From: Eledone cirrhosa
Taxonomy: Eukaryota
DNA: 64,000 nt
Direction of reading: 5' to 3'
Assembly (NCBI GenBank): GCA_964016885.1
Contig: OZ024742.1
Location: forward strand, 89,466,001-89,530,000
How positions within the stretch are numbered: the first letter of the stretch is position 1; every line of letters begins with the position of its first letter. The notes under the pieces were generated by a model. The model was not told where the DNA came from, did no database searches, and worked only from the letters and a program-made list of their open reading frames with translations. The position numbers and the translations under genes are program-made. This document shows positions 1 through 11,620 of this stretch, piece by piece.

Positions 1-147
1 TTGTTTCTGTGTGTGTGTTGTGTGCTCAGTCTGCGCATGCGCCACATCCGGGTGTCTGTGTGTGTTTGTATTCATTTATCTATTTGTTTATTTACATGTT
101 ACTGGTTGGTTGTTTGTTCTATGTGTGTGTGTGTTTTCATTTTGTCC

Positions 148-3100
148 TTAATTGTAAGTTGTGATGTTGCTGTTCCACTCATATTTTCTATTTAATTTTG
201 GTTGTAATTCTTTTATGATTATTGCCTCTGTAATTTGTCTAAACATTGCGTCTTTTCTGTGTGTAGATTCTATTTTTATTTCTATGTTCTCTAATTCACT
301 CTTGTGTTCTATCTTAGCATGTTGGTAGAGTACAGATGATTCTTTATTATCTTGAAGGTCTCGCCAGTGTTCATTTATCCGTTCCCCTACACTACGAGCT
401 GTCTCACCTATGTACACTATATTTTTGTCTCTACATTGTCCTTCAGTACATCTTATGCTATACACTACATTTCTAGTTTTACAGTTAATATGGGGGCTTA
501 TTTTACAGGTTACACATTTCTTATCTATACATAAGTTCTTTGAAAAGGGTATGTCTTGCTAATAAGTGTTTTTACGGAGGTACCTGGTCTTTCTACTATC
601 TTAATATTGAGTTTATGTTTATTTAGGGCCCTTCTAAAGTTGTAAGCTAGTTCACCTCTAGGGGTTGTATCGATGAACATTACACTCTGGTATTTATTGC
701 TATAATACCATGAGTTTATTCTATTAGCCTTGTTCCTAGTTCTTTCTATTCTATTCCAAAATTTGCTCCTATACAAGGGTCAGGTCCCATTTATGTCATT
801 ATTTACCATTTTCTCCCATTTGGTTCTGGCTCCTCTATACACTCTGATTCTATCTCTCTGATTATAGCCAGAGAACTGCATACGGTGGATGGAGTATTGT
901 ATGTGTCTCTCTAGTTCTTCGGTGTTGCACATGCGGGACACATTTCTCATCACCCGTACCAAATCCTCAATCAGTATGTTGATTTTGGTATGGTCCGAAA
1001 TGACCGAGTTTCGGTGGATCAGATGTTTGGAAGTCATGGGTTTGGCATAATGTGAATGGAGTATTTGTGTTTTGTTGTTAATGGTATCTAACCAGAGCTC
1101 TGTGTCTAGTACAGGTAATCGATGGTTGGGGTGTTTACTTGGGTAGTCTATAGTAACTCTAATGCTCTGGTGGATGGAGTTTGCTATTTGCTGGATGCTT
1201 TCCATTGTGTTTTTCTCTAGTTCCTGACTGTTCTCTAGTGGGGGTGTCTTAACTACGATGTTTATATCATCTACGTAGCGGGAGTACATTATCAGGGTTA
1301 AGGGGTCTTCTAATTGTTCTTTAAGTTTAAGTTTAAGTCTACTGTCCCACCATACCATGAATAAGTTAGCTATGTCGCCTGCAATGCTAACACCAATGGC
1401 TGCTCCTTCCTCTTGGGCATATGTTTTCCATTAAATTTGAACATATGTTCCTTAAGGGTTAGTTTTATGCTGGCCCCTACCGCATGTGCAATCATTTTCT
1501 TCAGTTCATCGTGGTTTTCGGGTGTCCGTATGGCTCTGGTCCACCCGTTCCATCTATCTGTGTGGGTTTTCTTGGCCATTGAGGTAATGGTAGGTGGTCT
1601 GCCTCTTGCTGGTCTTGTAGGGCACAGGTTGCTAAGGTCTTAAGTGTCTAGGTAACTATTACTATAGGTAAGCTTAAGTAGGAGTCCCAGCTCACTGGTA
1701 TCAATCCCACGGAACTCAACCTTGCTCTCACTGATCATATCTACGCATTTCTCCACAGCAAAATCCACGTCAATAGATGGATACAGGGACACAACATCCA
1801 TACTGCCTATTATGCAGTTTGTTAGCTCCCCAGATCAGTTACTCACGCCGATTCTGCTGAGGAGGTCCTCCGTGCTGTCACATACATCTGGGGACATTTC
1901 AATGATGGGGCGTATGATCAGGGAGAGGAAGTAGGACAGTCTGTAGTTACTAGCAATGTTAGCTCCACAGACTGGCCGTGTTGGTGGTCCAGCGACAGGG
2001 TCGCCGCCCGTTTTATGGTCTCTTCGAAGCCCATACAACGCCGGCACGTCATTGTTCCAGGCCTGGAAGTTGTTGGCAGTCCTTTTGTTGGGCTGCATTA
2101 TATTCGTCCACATCACCATATGGGCATTGAGGACTTTTTCTCTATCCTCATGCTCCTGTGGTGTTACCTCTCTTGTGTTAGTGATGTGGGGTTGAATTGC
2201 CTGGATGTAGTTTGGCAGGCTGTCAACCGACATTCTGCCAGACTTGTTGGAAAGCATGCTATCGAGAGCGCTGCATGAGCTTACGCAAGCCATTTGCAGA
2301 TTTTTCTCCCAGTTGCTGGGCCTACATTCTATTATGCTTCTTGCTATACTGTTCTATAATATTTCTAAGTTCGGATCTAGCTATGCTAAATTGTGCTTCT
2401 GTTTGTTCATCGATCTGCGACGGCAATTGCGTGCGTTTGTTAAATGGTAAAGTCGTGGCGTGGACTCGTCTCAGGTCGAATGATTTATCGGAGGGATTAT
2501 AAAACGGAGAGTTCCAGGCTGCTGCTTTATGTGTACTAGTGCTATTGTTATTGTTAGTTGTGTTGTTTCTATTTCTATTTCCACCAACAGCCTCATGGTT
2601 GTTTCTATGTCTCTCATAATTACTCCTGTCTCTTTCCACTGGCTCATTGTTGTTATCTAACCTATTTTGTGTGTCAGTGTGTTCGTCTTGGTTATTCTCT
2701 TTGTCCTTAGTTTCCCTTCTCCTTTTAATCCTATTACTTTCCCTTATTTTTGTGATTTCTGTGCTACTGTCATTACTTGTTTTCTGTGTCTGTGTGTTTG
2801 TTAAGATTGTGGTGGTGGTGAGAGACATTGAATGCGTGTGTGTTGTTGTTGTTGATGTGTGCTGTTGTTGATGTGTGTTGTTGTTGTCTCCGTGTGTGTT
2901 ATTGTTGTTTGTGCCTGCGTGTCTGTTGTTGTTGTTTCTGGGTATGTTGTTATTGTTGTTGTTGTTGATGTGTGTGTTGTTGTTATTGTTGTTTGTGTCT
3001 GTGTGTCTGTTGTTGTTGGGATGTGTGTTGTATATGTGTGTGCGTATATTGTTGCTTTTGTTTTTGTTTTTGTTTTTGTTTTTGTTTTTTATGCTCCAGC

Positions 3101-3330
3101 GTAGTTTTGTAAATGATTTTTCTATTTCTGACAGACAACTAATCATATTTACCTTCTTGAATGTCGCAAATTTCGGGGGTAAACATAACACAGACATTTC
3201 GTCATTATCTATTCTTGCGTTACCATATATATTTGTGTTTTTGTTGTTGAACTCTTCTGTTAATGAGGTGTCGGCCATATTTATACCGTCAATTTTGTCG
3301 GGATATCTATTGGTATTCTCTATAGTATCC
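148..3330 (-). mobile_element. Penelope-like retroelement, near-complete but broken RT + C-terminal GIY-YIG ORF
   Basis: Successive minus-strand ORF pieces give LPPKF..KLRW, LYGLRRDHK..PTRPVCGA, GSMDVVSLYPSID, GAAIGVSIAGDIANLFM, YSRYVDD, LPVLDTELW, YAKPM, then VYSIRC..YIGETARSVGERINEH..EAIIIKELQPKLNRK. Several stops and frameshifts. Confidence 0.92.
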
Positions 3331-4321
3331 TGATTTAGCCTGGGAACTTAGCTGAGAATTGACTTCCTGTTGACGAAAGGTATTCTCCATGTTCCATTCG
3401 GAAATCATGTTTATTCCCTTTCAGAAATTAATTAGTTGAAGTGAAATTTTAGTAAGTAAGTTAATTTTTATAATTTTCTTATTTTACGTCTTTCATATAA
3501 TTGTCCTGCATCCCCTTGCATTGAACCACAAAGTTACTAAGACAAATCCTATATATTTGCTAGCATAGGTATTCATCTGTATATATGTGTTGGTAGATAT
3601 ACTAATTCTTTATAATTATCTCCAAATTATTTGTTGAGCAAAAATGTGCCAAAACTGCTACTATAGTTCATAGTAATATTACGGATACTGTCTTATTAAC
3701 ACCCCACTCCTCACTGATTAACCTCTCTCTATATATAGTGTGGGTATATGCACTTTGTAATCTATGAAATTTATCTGTTTTAACTATGCCAGCATGTATT
3801 TATCTGAGTTTGATTATTTATGCATTAACCTACCTGATAGTATTATAGAGCGTATCATATTCTATGTTATACTAAATGCAATTTACCACACAGTACTATA
3901 TTGTGTTGGTTAAGTTGTATTTAATTGCATTACTGTATTTCATTATCTTATTATAATTTTCATCTTTTAATATACTATCTTTCATAGCCATAACCTTAAT
4001 TTATATTCACCTTAAAACTCAATACAACACTAATCACCATTTATTTGACATTCCTTTTAAATTCACTATATCAGATACATTCAACTATCAGTTTGACAAT
4101 CCCTTTCCTCCTGATAGATTTTTATACCAAATCTACTATTAATACCCTTCAACGATTCCTTTCAAAGGGTCAGGACTTCAACTAAAGTATATTACTTTTC
4201 ATATGAACACCATATGAAAAAAACAATTTGATTCGTTAGTTCTTCAACAGCCTCCAAATAAGGACATGAAACTAACATACTACTAATTCTGAATAAAATC
4301 ATTATTGAATAAAATTATTAT

Positions 4322-4458
4322 TGCTTTTGAAAACAGCTGGCGATATGCATGTAAGTAAATATTCTCTTTATCTGATAGTTTGTAAATAACCTTACATAGA
4401 TCAATTACTGAGTATAGCTACAATGCATTATCATCATCTAGAAACGATCGTAAAGCAG
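4322..4458 (+). ncRNA. Degenerate type I hammerhead motif with long stem II (PLE 3' terminal repeat remnant)
   Basis: tgcttt-TTGAAAA-cagc...cta-GAAA-cga-TC-gtaaagca; similar to the better-preserved minus-strand motif at 59641-59778. Core is mutated. Confidence 0.4.
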
Positions 4459-4511
4459 TGATGTATATCTCTATTGTGTCGATTTTTTATTTCATTGTTT
4501 TAACTTATATT

Positions 4512-4545
<34 letters not shown>

Positions 4546-4689
4546 CGAAATATCAGTGATGCATCCGAAGGATCTATGGGGAAACACTACGCGATAGAGT
4601 GGTGTGTAGTTCGTATGTCACAGAGTCACTCAAGCTAGATCTACTACTTCTCCGAATATATGGTTAGAATGTCTTAGGAAAGAATCGTT

Positions 4690-5578
4690 GGGCAGATTTT
4701 ATTGAAGTGGTTAAAAAGAAGAGACATTAAAAAAGCTACAGAAGGAATGCTAATGGCTACGCAAGAGCAAAACCTCAGAGCGAAATGGGTGAAACACCAT
4801 ATTGACAAAGAGGAGACTAGCCCACTGTGTAGGATCTATGTAGAGAGAGAGGAGACTGTGGCTCACATTGTATCCGAGTGTAAACACCTAGCCAAGACTC
4901 ATTATAAAGGCTGGAGACATGATGTGATAGGCAGGTCGATCCACTGGCATCTATGCAAAGTAAACAATTTACCACATTCTGAGAAGTGGTATGAGCATAA
5001 GCCAGAGTCGGTGATAGAAAACGACCAGGTGAAGGTGCTATGGAACTTTAGGATACAGACGGACAAGAAATTAGAACACAATAGGCCTGACCTGGTGGTT
5101 TTGGACAAGGAAAAAAGGATCGTGCCTTATTATAGATGTAGCCTACCCATTTGACACGAGAGTGCATGAAAAGGAGAGGGAGAAAATTAACCGATACCAG
5201 GACTTAAAGTGGGAGGTAAAAAGGATTTGGAACTGCCATGAAGTCAAAGTGATCCCGATTGTCATAGGCGCACTAGCGACTATCTCAAAATATTTCCAGG
5301 GATGGTTAAAGAAAATTGGCCCCTTCACACTTTTTGGAACGCTTCAAAAGGCATGCTTGCTGGGAACAGCAAGAACCCTCCGATACGTCCTGAATATCTG
5401 AGGCTGCAGGTAGTGGATTGATATTCATTTCAACAAACTTTCCATTTAACTAACATCAATGACTGAGACTCAAAGAGTAATAACAACAATAATAATGATA
5501 TTCATTTCAACAAACTTTCCAGTTAACTAACATCAATGACTGAGACTCAAAGAACAATAATAATAATAATAATAATAA
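4690..5578 (+). mobile_element. 5'-truncated Dong/R4-like (RLE-type) non-LTR retrotransposon 3' end
   Basis: CRI..ETVAHIVSEC zinc knuckle, RHD, RPDLVV, KEREKI.RYQDL and IPIVIGAL restriction-like endonuclease motifs with one frameshift. 3' UTR is tandemly duplicated (about 5420-5495 and 5497-5578) and ends in (TAA)n. Confidence 0.9.
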
Positions 5579-5579
5579 T

Positions 5580-7850
5580 GCTTTCTTTATTAACCACAAG
5601 GGTTTACATAAAGTAGACATTAAGGACAGTACAGGACAATACAGGACGGTATAAATGGGCATTTCTGCGTGTAAAGAAAACAGAGGATGTAATAAAAAAA
5701 AAATAACAATGAAAAATTCCCCAATAGGGAGGAGACTTCCGAGGGGCATTTGTGGAGAAAGCCCATTAAAAGGCCACAGTGACCCTGACCACCAGGGCAA
5801 CTGCCCTTTCCCAGTTTCCACCTTTAATTTACAGACACATACTCAGAGTAGGCCCATTCACCCGGGCCATACTTGCTTCTCTCACCCATCTTTCAACAAA
5901 ATGCTGGGAAGCGAGCACTTCCCTCTCTACCCTGATTTTCCTTTTCAAATGAAATTTGAAAAAGTTAATCAGGGCATCACCGAAGAGGTAAGTGCTCGTC
6001 TTCAGCCTTTTCAAACGTGTCCACCATACTATCTCTTTCGCCATGGCCACCCGACAGATAAAAACTGCCTGCCCTTCCCGTCTAAAAGAAGAGGGCGGGG
6101 CAATCCTCACGATGGACTCAGCTGATAGCCGGATCCTTTCTACACGCGACAGCAGGTGTTCGACATAAACCCACAAGCCAGCAATTCTCGGACACTGGAA
6201 GAGTGCGTGCAGGACGGTTTCGTCGCCCTGCGCGCATCTTGGACATTTTCGATTGACGGCACCTCCATGCCTGTAGAGTTTATCCCGAACTGACAAGGCT
6301 CCTCGGTAGCACTGCCAGGCCAGGGATTTCTGGAAGCTGTCCATAGGCCCGGCCCGAAATTTCTTCCGAAGAGATTGGCTAGTTGATTTTGGTCGACGCC
6401 TAGAGTTTCCCCAAGTACGTCACGCTCTTCCCCTCCACTAATCCTCTATAGAAGGCCGAGGTGGAGTTTCCACCGATCACACTGCCCGATTGGTCGAGGA
6501 CTGTGAGCGCCTGAAGACATTCCAATCTCCAAGCGCTCCCTCTCGGTCTTCGCTTGACCCAGGACTGCAGCCCCGCAAGGAGACGAGCTGGGGAAAGACG
6601 TGTCTAGCAAACGGCGACCACACATGATCACCGCCGAGGAAGAGGTGGAGTTGTCGTAGCCTGAGCGCGTGTCTGCGCATCATCAGCCAACGGCATGCTC
6701 AGACCTCCACGTAGCAGGTGTTGACAGCAGATGGACCGCCTGACCATCGGAGCGCGTCCCTTCCTCAAAAAGCGAAAGAGCAAACGCTCCAGCGCAGTTA
6801 GGCGGGGCTTAGGACAAGGTACGACGATCAGGCGGTAGTAGATGACGGACGCGATGTACGCGTTAGCCACCTCCGCTCGACCTTTCAGGGATAGTTTCCT
6901 CTCCGCCTATTTCTGGGTGAGAGAAGCCACCCTGCTCGTCACCTCGTCCCAGTTTTTGTACGATTATCTTGGTGTTGGCTTCGATGCCGGCGAGGACGGC
7001 AGCTATTAGCCAGGGAATTTCGATGGCTGGTGGAACGTGGGTCACCCTGATCTTCACGAGTCTCTGGCCGCAATAGCTTGGGACGAGTGTGAAGTCGTCA
7101 CTTCTTAATGGGGACATGGAGTGTTCTCTGGCATCCTGTGGTGTTTCAAAGAACACGTCCATGGTTCCATATTTCTGCCCACGTCTGATGTGGGGTTTCT
7201 TTGCTCACACATGTCCCAAAGCTTTTGGGATTTAGGACTCGGATGCCCGTTCCACTCGGCGCGATTTTATGCTAATCGTCTGGTGGATAGGCGCCGATGC
7301 TCCATTTTATTAGGGGGGGGGGCTGAACCTGTACCCATCTTTCTTTACCATTTTTTGGCTACTTCTATTTCCTCCTGAGTTACCTGGAATGCTTCGCACT
7401 GTTTTGCTACTCTGGCAAATCTCAGGTTGTTTTCTTAATTTCATTGTTGCTGTTGGTGTTATCGTTATTTTTGTTATTGTTAATTTTAGTTTCAGTTGTG
7501 GTGGTGGTGGTGGCGTCAGTGGTGTTCGGTGTGGAAGAGTTCATTTTGGTTGAATTCATTTCGATATCACGAGTTAATTTTTTTTTTCTTTTGTTTCTGT
7601 TGTCGCGGTGGTGGTGGGGGTCGTGGTTGACGCGGTGGTGGTGGGGGTGGTGGCTTTAACACCTGCAGTCATTGGTAATGGCGGGAAATGAATGTCTGCC
7701 TGAGACAAATTTAAAATATTGCTACTGCTTATATTTTTAGTGTTGGCAAACGTAGTAATATTTACAATGGTGGTGTCGGTGTGAAGTGTTAGTTTGTGAG
7801 GAAGGAGTGACCCTGAGACGTCCATGATTTTTCAAAGAAAAATTTTAGTT
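5580..7850 (-). mobile_element. L1/Tx1-like LINE, internally deleted (ORF1-like piece joined to ORF2 C-terminus)
   Basis: 5829-6344 encodes a zf-RVT-like region (W..YRGALSVRDKL..CPRC..DETVLHALFQC). 6450-6900 encodes post-RT motifs (LFRFL..GGL). 6950-7830 looks like ORF1 (VKIRVTHVPPAIE). AATAAA and a (TTA)n tail are at the 3' end. Confidence 0.75.
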
Positions 7851-8039
7851 TGATAATTATAAAAGTTTAAATTTTGGGCTCAAGGCCCCAATCTTTTTTG
7901 GTCTCCTTTTCAGATAACAATGTATGTGCACTTATATACAGTTAACAATAAACATTTTCCATAAATGGCAATTTTAAACAACTGAAAATAACAAACCATT
8001 GCGGAGCTCACGATGATATGATTTACTACGTAGGTCGCC

Positions 8040-8083
<44 letters not shown>

Positions 8084-9256
8084 CGATGATTTCTTTATTG
8101 GCCTCAAGGGCTGACATCAAGGAAATCATTACAGGCGGCACAGGACGGTACAGGATGGTACGATGTGAGTTTTGTGCGTGTAAATATTTTTATTATTTAT
8201 ATAAGAAAAGAAAAAAAAGGACATAAAACGTATATATATAGACAATAAAAATGAAAATTGAAACAATGAAAAATTCCCCAATAGGGGGGAAACCTCCGAG
8301 GGTTACTCGTGGCGAAAACCACACAAAAGACCACGGCCACCCTGACCACCAGGGCAAGCGCCCTCTCTCAATTTTTCCATTCCTCAAACTACAAGCGTAT
8401 ATTCAGAGCGGTCCCGTTCACTGGGACCATTCTCGCTACATTCACCCACCTTTCAACAAACTTGCTAGAAGACAGCACTTGCCCCTCCACCCTGATTTTC
8501 CTCTTCAAGTGAAACTTGAAAAAGTTAATCAGGGATTCGCCGAAGAGGAAAGTGTCTGTCTTTATCCCTTTCAACCTTGTCCACCACACAATCTCTTTCG
8601 CCATGGCCACCAGGCAGATAAAAACTGCCTGCCCTTCCTCCTCGAAGGAAGACGGCGAGACTATCTGCACAATGGACTCAGTCGATAACCGAATCGGTCC
8701 TACACGCGACAGCACGACGGTTTCGTCCATCTGCACGCATCTCGGACAGGCTCGGCTGACGGCACTTCCGTGCCTTTAGAGCTTATCTAGAACCGGCAAC
8801 GCTCCCCGGTAGCATTACCAGGCCAAGAATTTCTGGAAGTTATTCATAGGACCTGGGCTGAAAGTTCTCCGGAAGAGAGCAAACAGCTGATTTTCTTCGA
8901 CGCCCAGGATCTCTCCGAGAACGTCGACGCTCTTCCCCTCCACTAGTCCTCTATAGAACGCCGAGGTGGATGTTCCACCGATACTGATGCCCAGCTGGCA
9001 GAGGGCAGTGAGCACCTGGACACATTCCAGTTTCCAAGCGCTATCCCTCGGTCTTTTCCTGACCCAGGACTGCAGTTCCGTCTAGTAGACGAGCTGTGGG
9101 AAAACGTGCCTGGCGAACGGCGACGACACCTGTTCACCGTTAAGGAAGCACAAGAGATGTCGCAGCCTCAACGCATGTTTGCGCATCATCAGCCATGGCA
9201 TGCCCAGTCCTCCACGCAACGAGTGTTGGCAGCAGATGGATCGTCTGACCACGGGA
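8040..9256 (-). mobile_element. Second L1/Tx1-like LINE 3' fragment
   Basis: Clearly homologous to 5580-6745 (AMAKEIVWWTRLK..FFKFHLKRKIRVE), with deletions and a (TTA)n tail. Confidence 0.85.
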
Positions 9257-9270
9257 CAATAATAATAATT

Positions 9271-9457
9271 GTTTCTACTTTTGGCACAAGGCCAGCAATT
9301 ATCCCAATGTATTACTGGTACTTTATTTAATCGACACCGTAAGGATGAAAGGCAAAGTTAACCTCGGCGGGATTTGAACTCAGACCATAAAGAGCCGTAA
9401 CTCTAAGCTGCAAAGCATGGCGTCCGACTCTCTACCGATACTGCCAATCCACCGCCC
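9271..9457 (-). mobile_element. tRNA-derived SINE
   Basis: Minus strand has A-box-like TGGCAGTATCGG, B-box GAGTTCAAATCC, body TTTGCCTTTCATCC..GTCGAT..AGTACCAGT..GGCCTTGTGCC and an (ATT)n tail. Multiple copies in the window. Confidence 0.9.
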
Positions 9458-9487
9458 AATAAATAATAATAATAATAATAATAATAA

Positions 9488-10625
9488 ACGGATGTATGTC
9501 AAAACTTCATTCTATCTTGAAGGAGAGCAAAATATATGCTACTGATCTCATGCTTGATTCCCAGGCTGGACAGACTGAGGAAACTGTTGCAATTGTTGTA
9601 GCTAAGCACATAAAATTAATGGCAAAACAAAAGGGCAAGAGCAATTATCATCAAAGTGGGAGGAGAAACCTCTGCATGGCAAACATGTGACCCGTTGCAA
9701 ACAAGCTGATGTTGACCAAACGCACACCCATCAGTGGCTACGTAGCTCAGGGCTAAAAGTAGAGAGCGAAGACTTCATCTTAGCTGCCCAAGTTCAAAGC
9801 TTACTGACTCGGAATTACCAGGCCAATGTGATGAGAAATCGAGTAAATCAAAAGTGCCGATTCTGTAATTTTGAGGTGGAAACAGTGGACCACCCAGTTT
9901 CTGGATGTAAAGTTTTAAATATAGACATGACAGAGTTGGCCAATATCTACACTGGGTAATATGACGGCATTATAAAATCAAAGCTGCTGACAAATGGTAC
10001 AATCATCATCCTGAGGCTGTAACTGAAGGAGAAAAAGTAACAATTCTTTGGGACTTTCCTATACATACTTACCGGACCATTAAAGCAAATAGACCAGATA
10101 TCATTGTAAAATCCAACATATCAAGGTCTGTTTGCTGACTGATATGAGCTTCCCATGTGATCACAATATCCCGGCAAAAGAATTCGACAAGCAAAGAAAA
10201 TATAAAGATCTGCTTATTGAAATCGAAAAAATGTGGCACCTCAAAGACGTTACAATACCAATGATTGTGGGAGCACTGGGAATGATCAAGAAAGGAACAG
10301 AACAGTAATTGAGAATGATTCCTCGTCTACCCTATCTGCAAGAGGTGCAAATAATTGTCTTGACTGGTACTGCCCACGTATTGAGAAGAGCACTATCTCT
10401 GTGAGAATGATACCCCCCACCCTTGTGTGGTTGTGTGTGTGTGTGAGTAGAGCACTACCCTGTAAGAATAATATCCCTTTGTAAGAATGATAAGCTGTAA
10501 ATTATATTCAATGTGGTGTATTGACTGGCTTACCAATGTATACAATGAATTTATTTTCCTAGGTGTCAAGAAGACACTCGGCATATATCAGAAACAATAC
10601 TGAAGGAAAAGGAAAAACAATAATA
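9488..10625 (+). mobile_element. Dong/R4-like non-LTR retrotransposon 3' fragment
   Basis: WLRSSGLKVESEDFILAAQ, CRFC..ETVDH..SGC, RPDII and IVGALG motifs across frameshifts; flanked by (TAA)n. Confidence 0.88.
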
Positions 10626-10628
10626 ATT

Positions 10629-10805
10629 GTTTCTACTTTTGGCACAAGGCCAGCAATTATCCTAATGTATTACTGGTACTTTATTTTATCGACCCTGTAA
10701 GGATGAAAGGCAAAGTTAACCGTGGCAGGATTTGAACCAGATCGTAAAAGGCCGTAACTCTTTGCAAAGCATGGCGTCAGACCCTCTCCCGATACTGCCA
10801 ATCCA
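10629..10805 (-). mobile_element. tRNA-derived SINE
   Basis: Near-full-length match to the 9271-9457 copy. Confidence 0.88.
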
Positions 10806-10837
10806 ATAGTAATGTTTTCATTTATTGGCCATAATGG

Positions 10838-11055
10838 TTTCTGATTTAGGCACAAGGCCAACAATATTTTGGTGGGGAGAGAGGGCAAAGTCGATTAAAT
10901 CAACCCCAGTGCATTACTGGTTCTCTGTTCTATCGACCCCATAAGGATGAAAAGCAACGCTAAACTTGGTGGGTTTTGAATTCAGAACGTAAAAGGCCAT
11001 AACTCTATGCTACAAAGAATGATCTCCGACGCTCTACTGATACTGCCAATCTACC
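10838..11055 (-). mobile_element. tRNA-derived SINE (diverged subfamily)
   Basis: Same head and body motifs with a longer 3' part. Confidence 0.8.
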
Positions 11056-11059
11056 AAGG

Positions 11060-11620
11060 TATTTAGTCAGCCCAGTTGTGGTGTTTTTGATCAGACATTT
11101 CAAACTGGGTCATGCCTCGACTTCATTGAGTTCTGGGATTGCATAAAGAATTACAGTCGTAGTCCTCTCATTGATGTGCGGCAGCGAAAGACAGAATATG
11201 CCATCCCTTAGCATGCGCCCTCTTCTTGATATCTTAGCATTTTAGCGTTTGGTGAAGGATGCTAGATAGCTGTATTTTATCAGCAGATTTTCAAACTCTT
11301 TGGTGCTGTGTTGGTTTGGTCTCTAACTACACTGTGTCTCTTTCTTATCCGGGAATCCACGTTGGATACATAGGCTGTTTTTGCTCATATGGGTAGGGCT
11401 GACGCGTAGTGCATATCACCATGTTGCTGAATTTTGTATAGAAAGATTTCTTTTATGTGTGATAATGTTGGACATCTAGTAAAGAATGAAACCTGATGTT
11501 GACGGGATGCTTAATCTTGTGAACTCTATTGACATTCTTGTGCATTCTGCAAGATTGGCGGGTAAGTATTCATATATGTGGTTGCTGAATAAACTTGGCA
11601 ATTATCACAGTCTCGAATTC
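11060..11620 (-). mobile_element. Possible highly decayed RTE-like LINE fragment
   Basis: Weak similarity by eye to an RTE ORF2 C-terminus (RMLR..HIN..LY..P); many stops. Confidence 0.3.

Noticed and set aside
780-782. In-frame TGA in the PLE aligned with Cys in the second copy (GT*PLYR versus GICPLYR), suggesting selenocysteine as reported for some Naiads
   Set aside because: Both codons are explained by CpG decay of an Arg codon (CGA to TGA, CGC to TGC). The element has other stops and frameshifts, and no SECIS element was recognised.
2647-3333. Hydrophobic Leu/Val-rich plus-strand ORFs resembling membrane proteins
   Set aside because: Antisense reading of the (AAC)n-rich PLE ORF.
9350-9457. 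tRNA gene suggested by A and B boxes
   Set aside because: No cloverleaf; it is the head of a multi-copy SINE.
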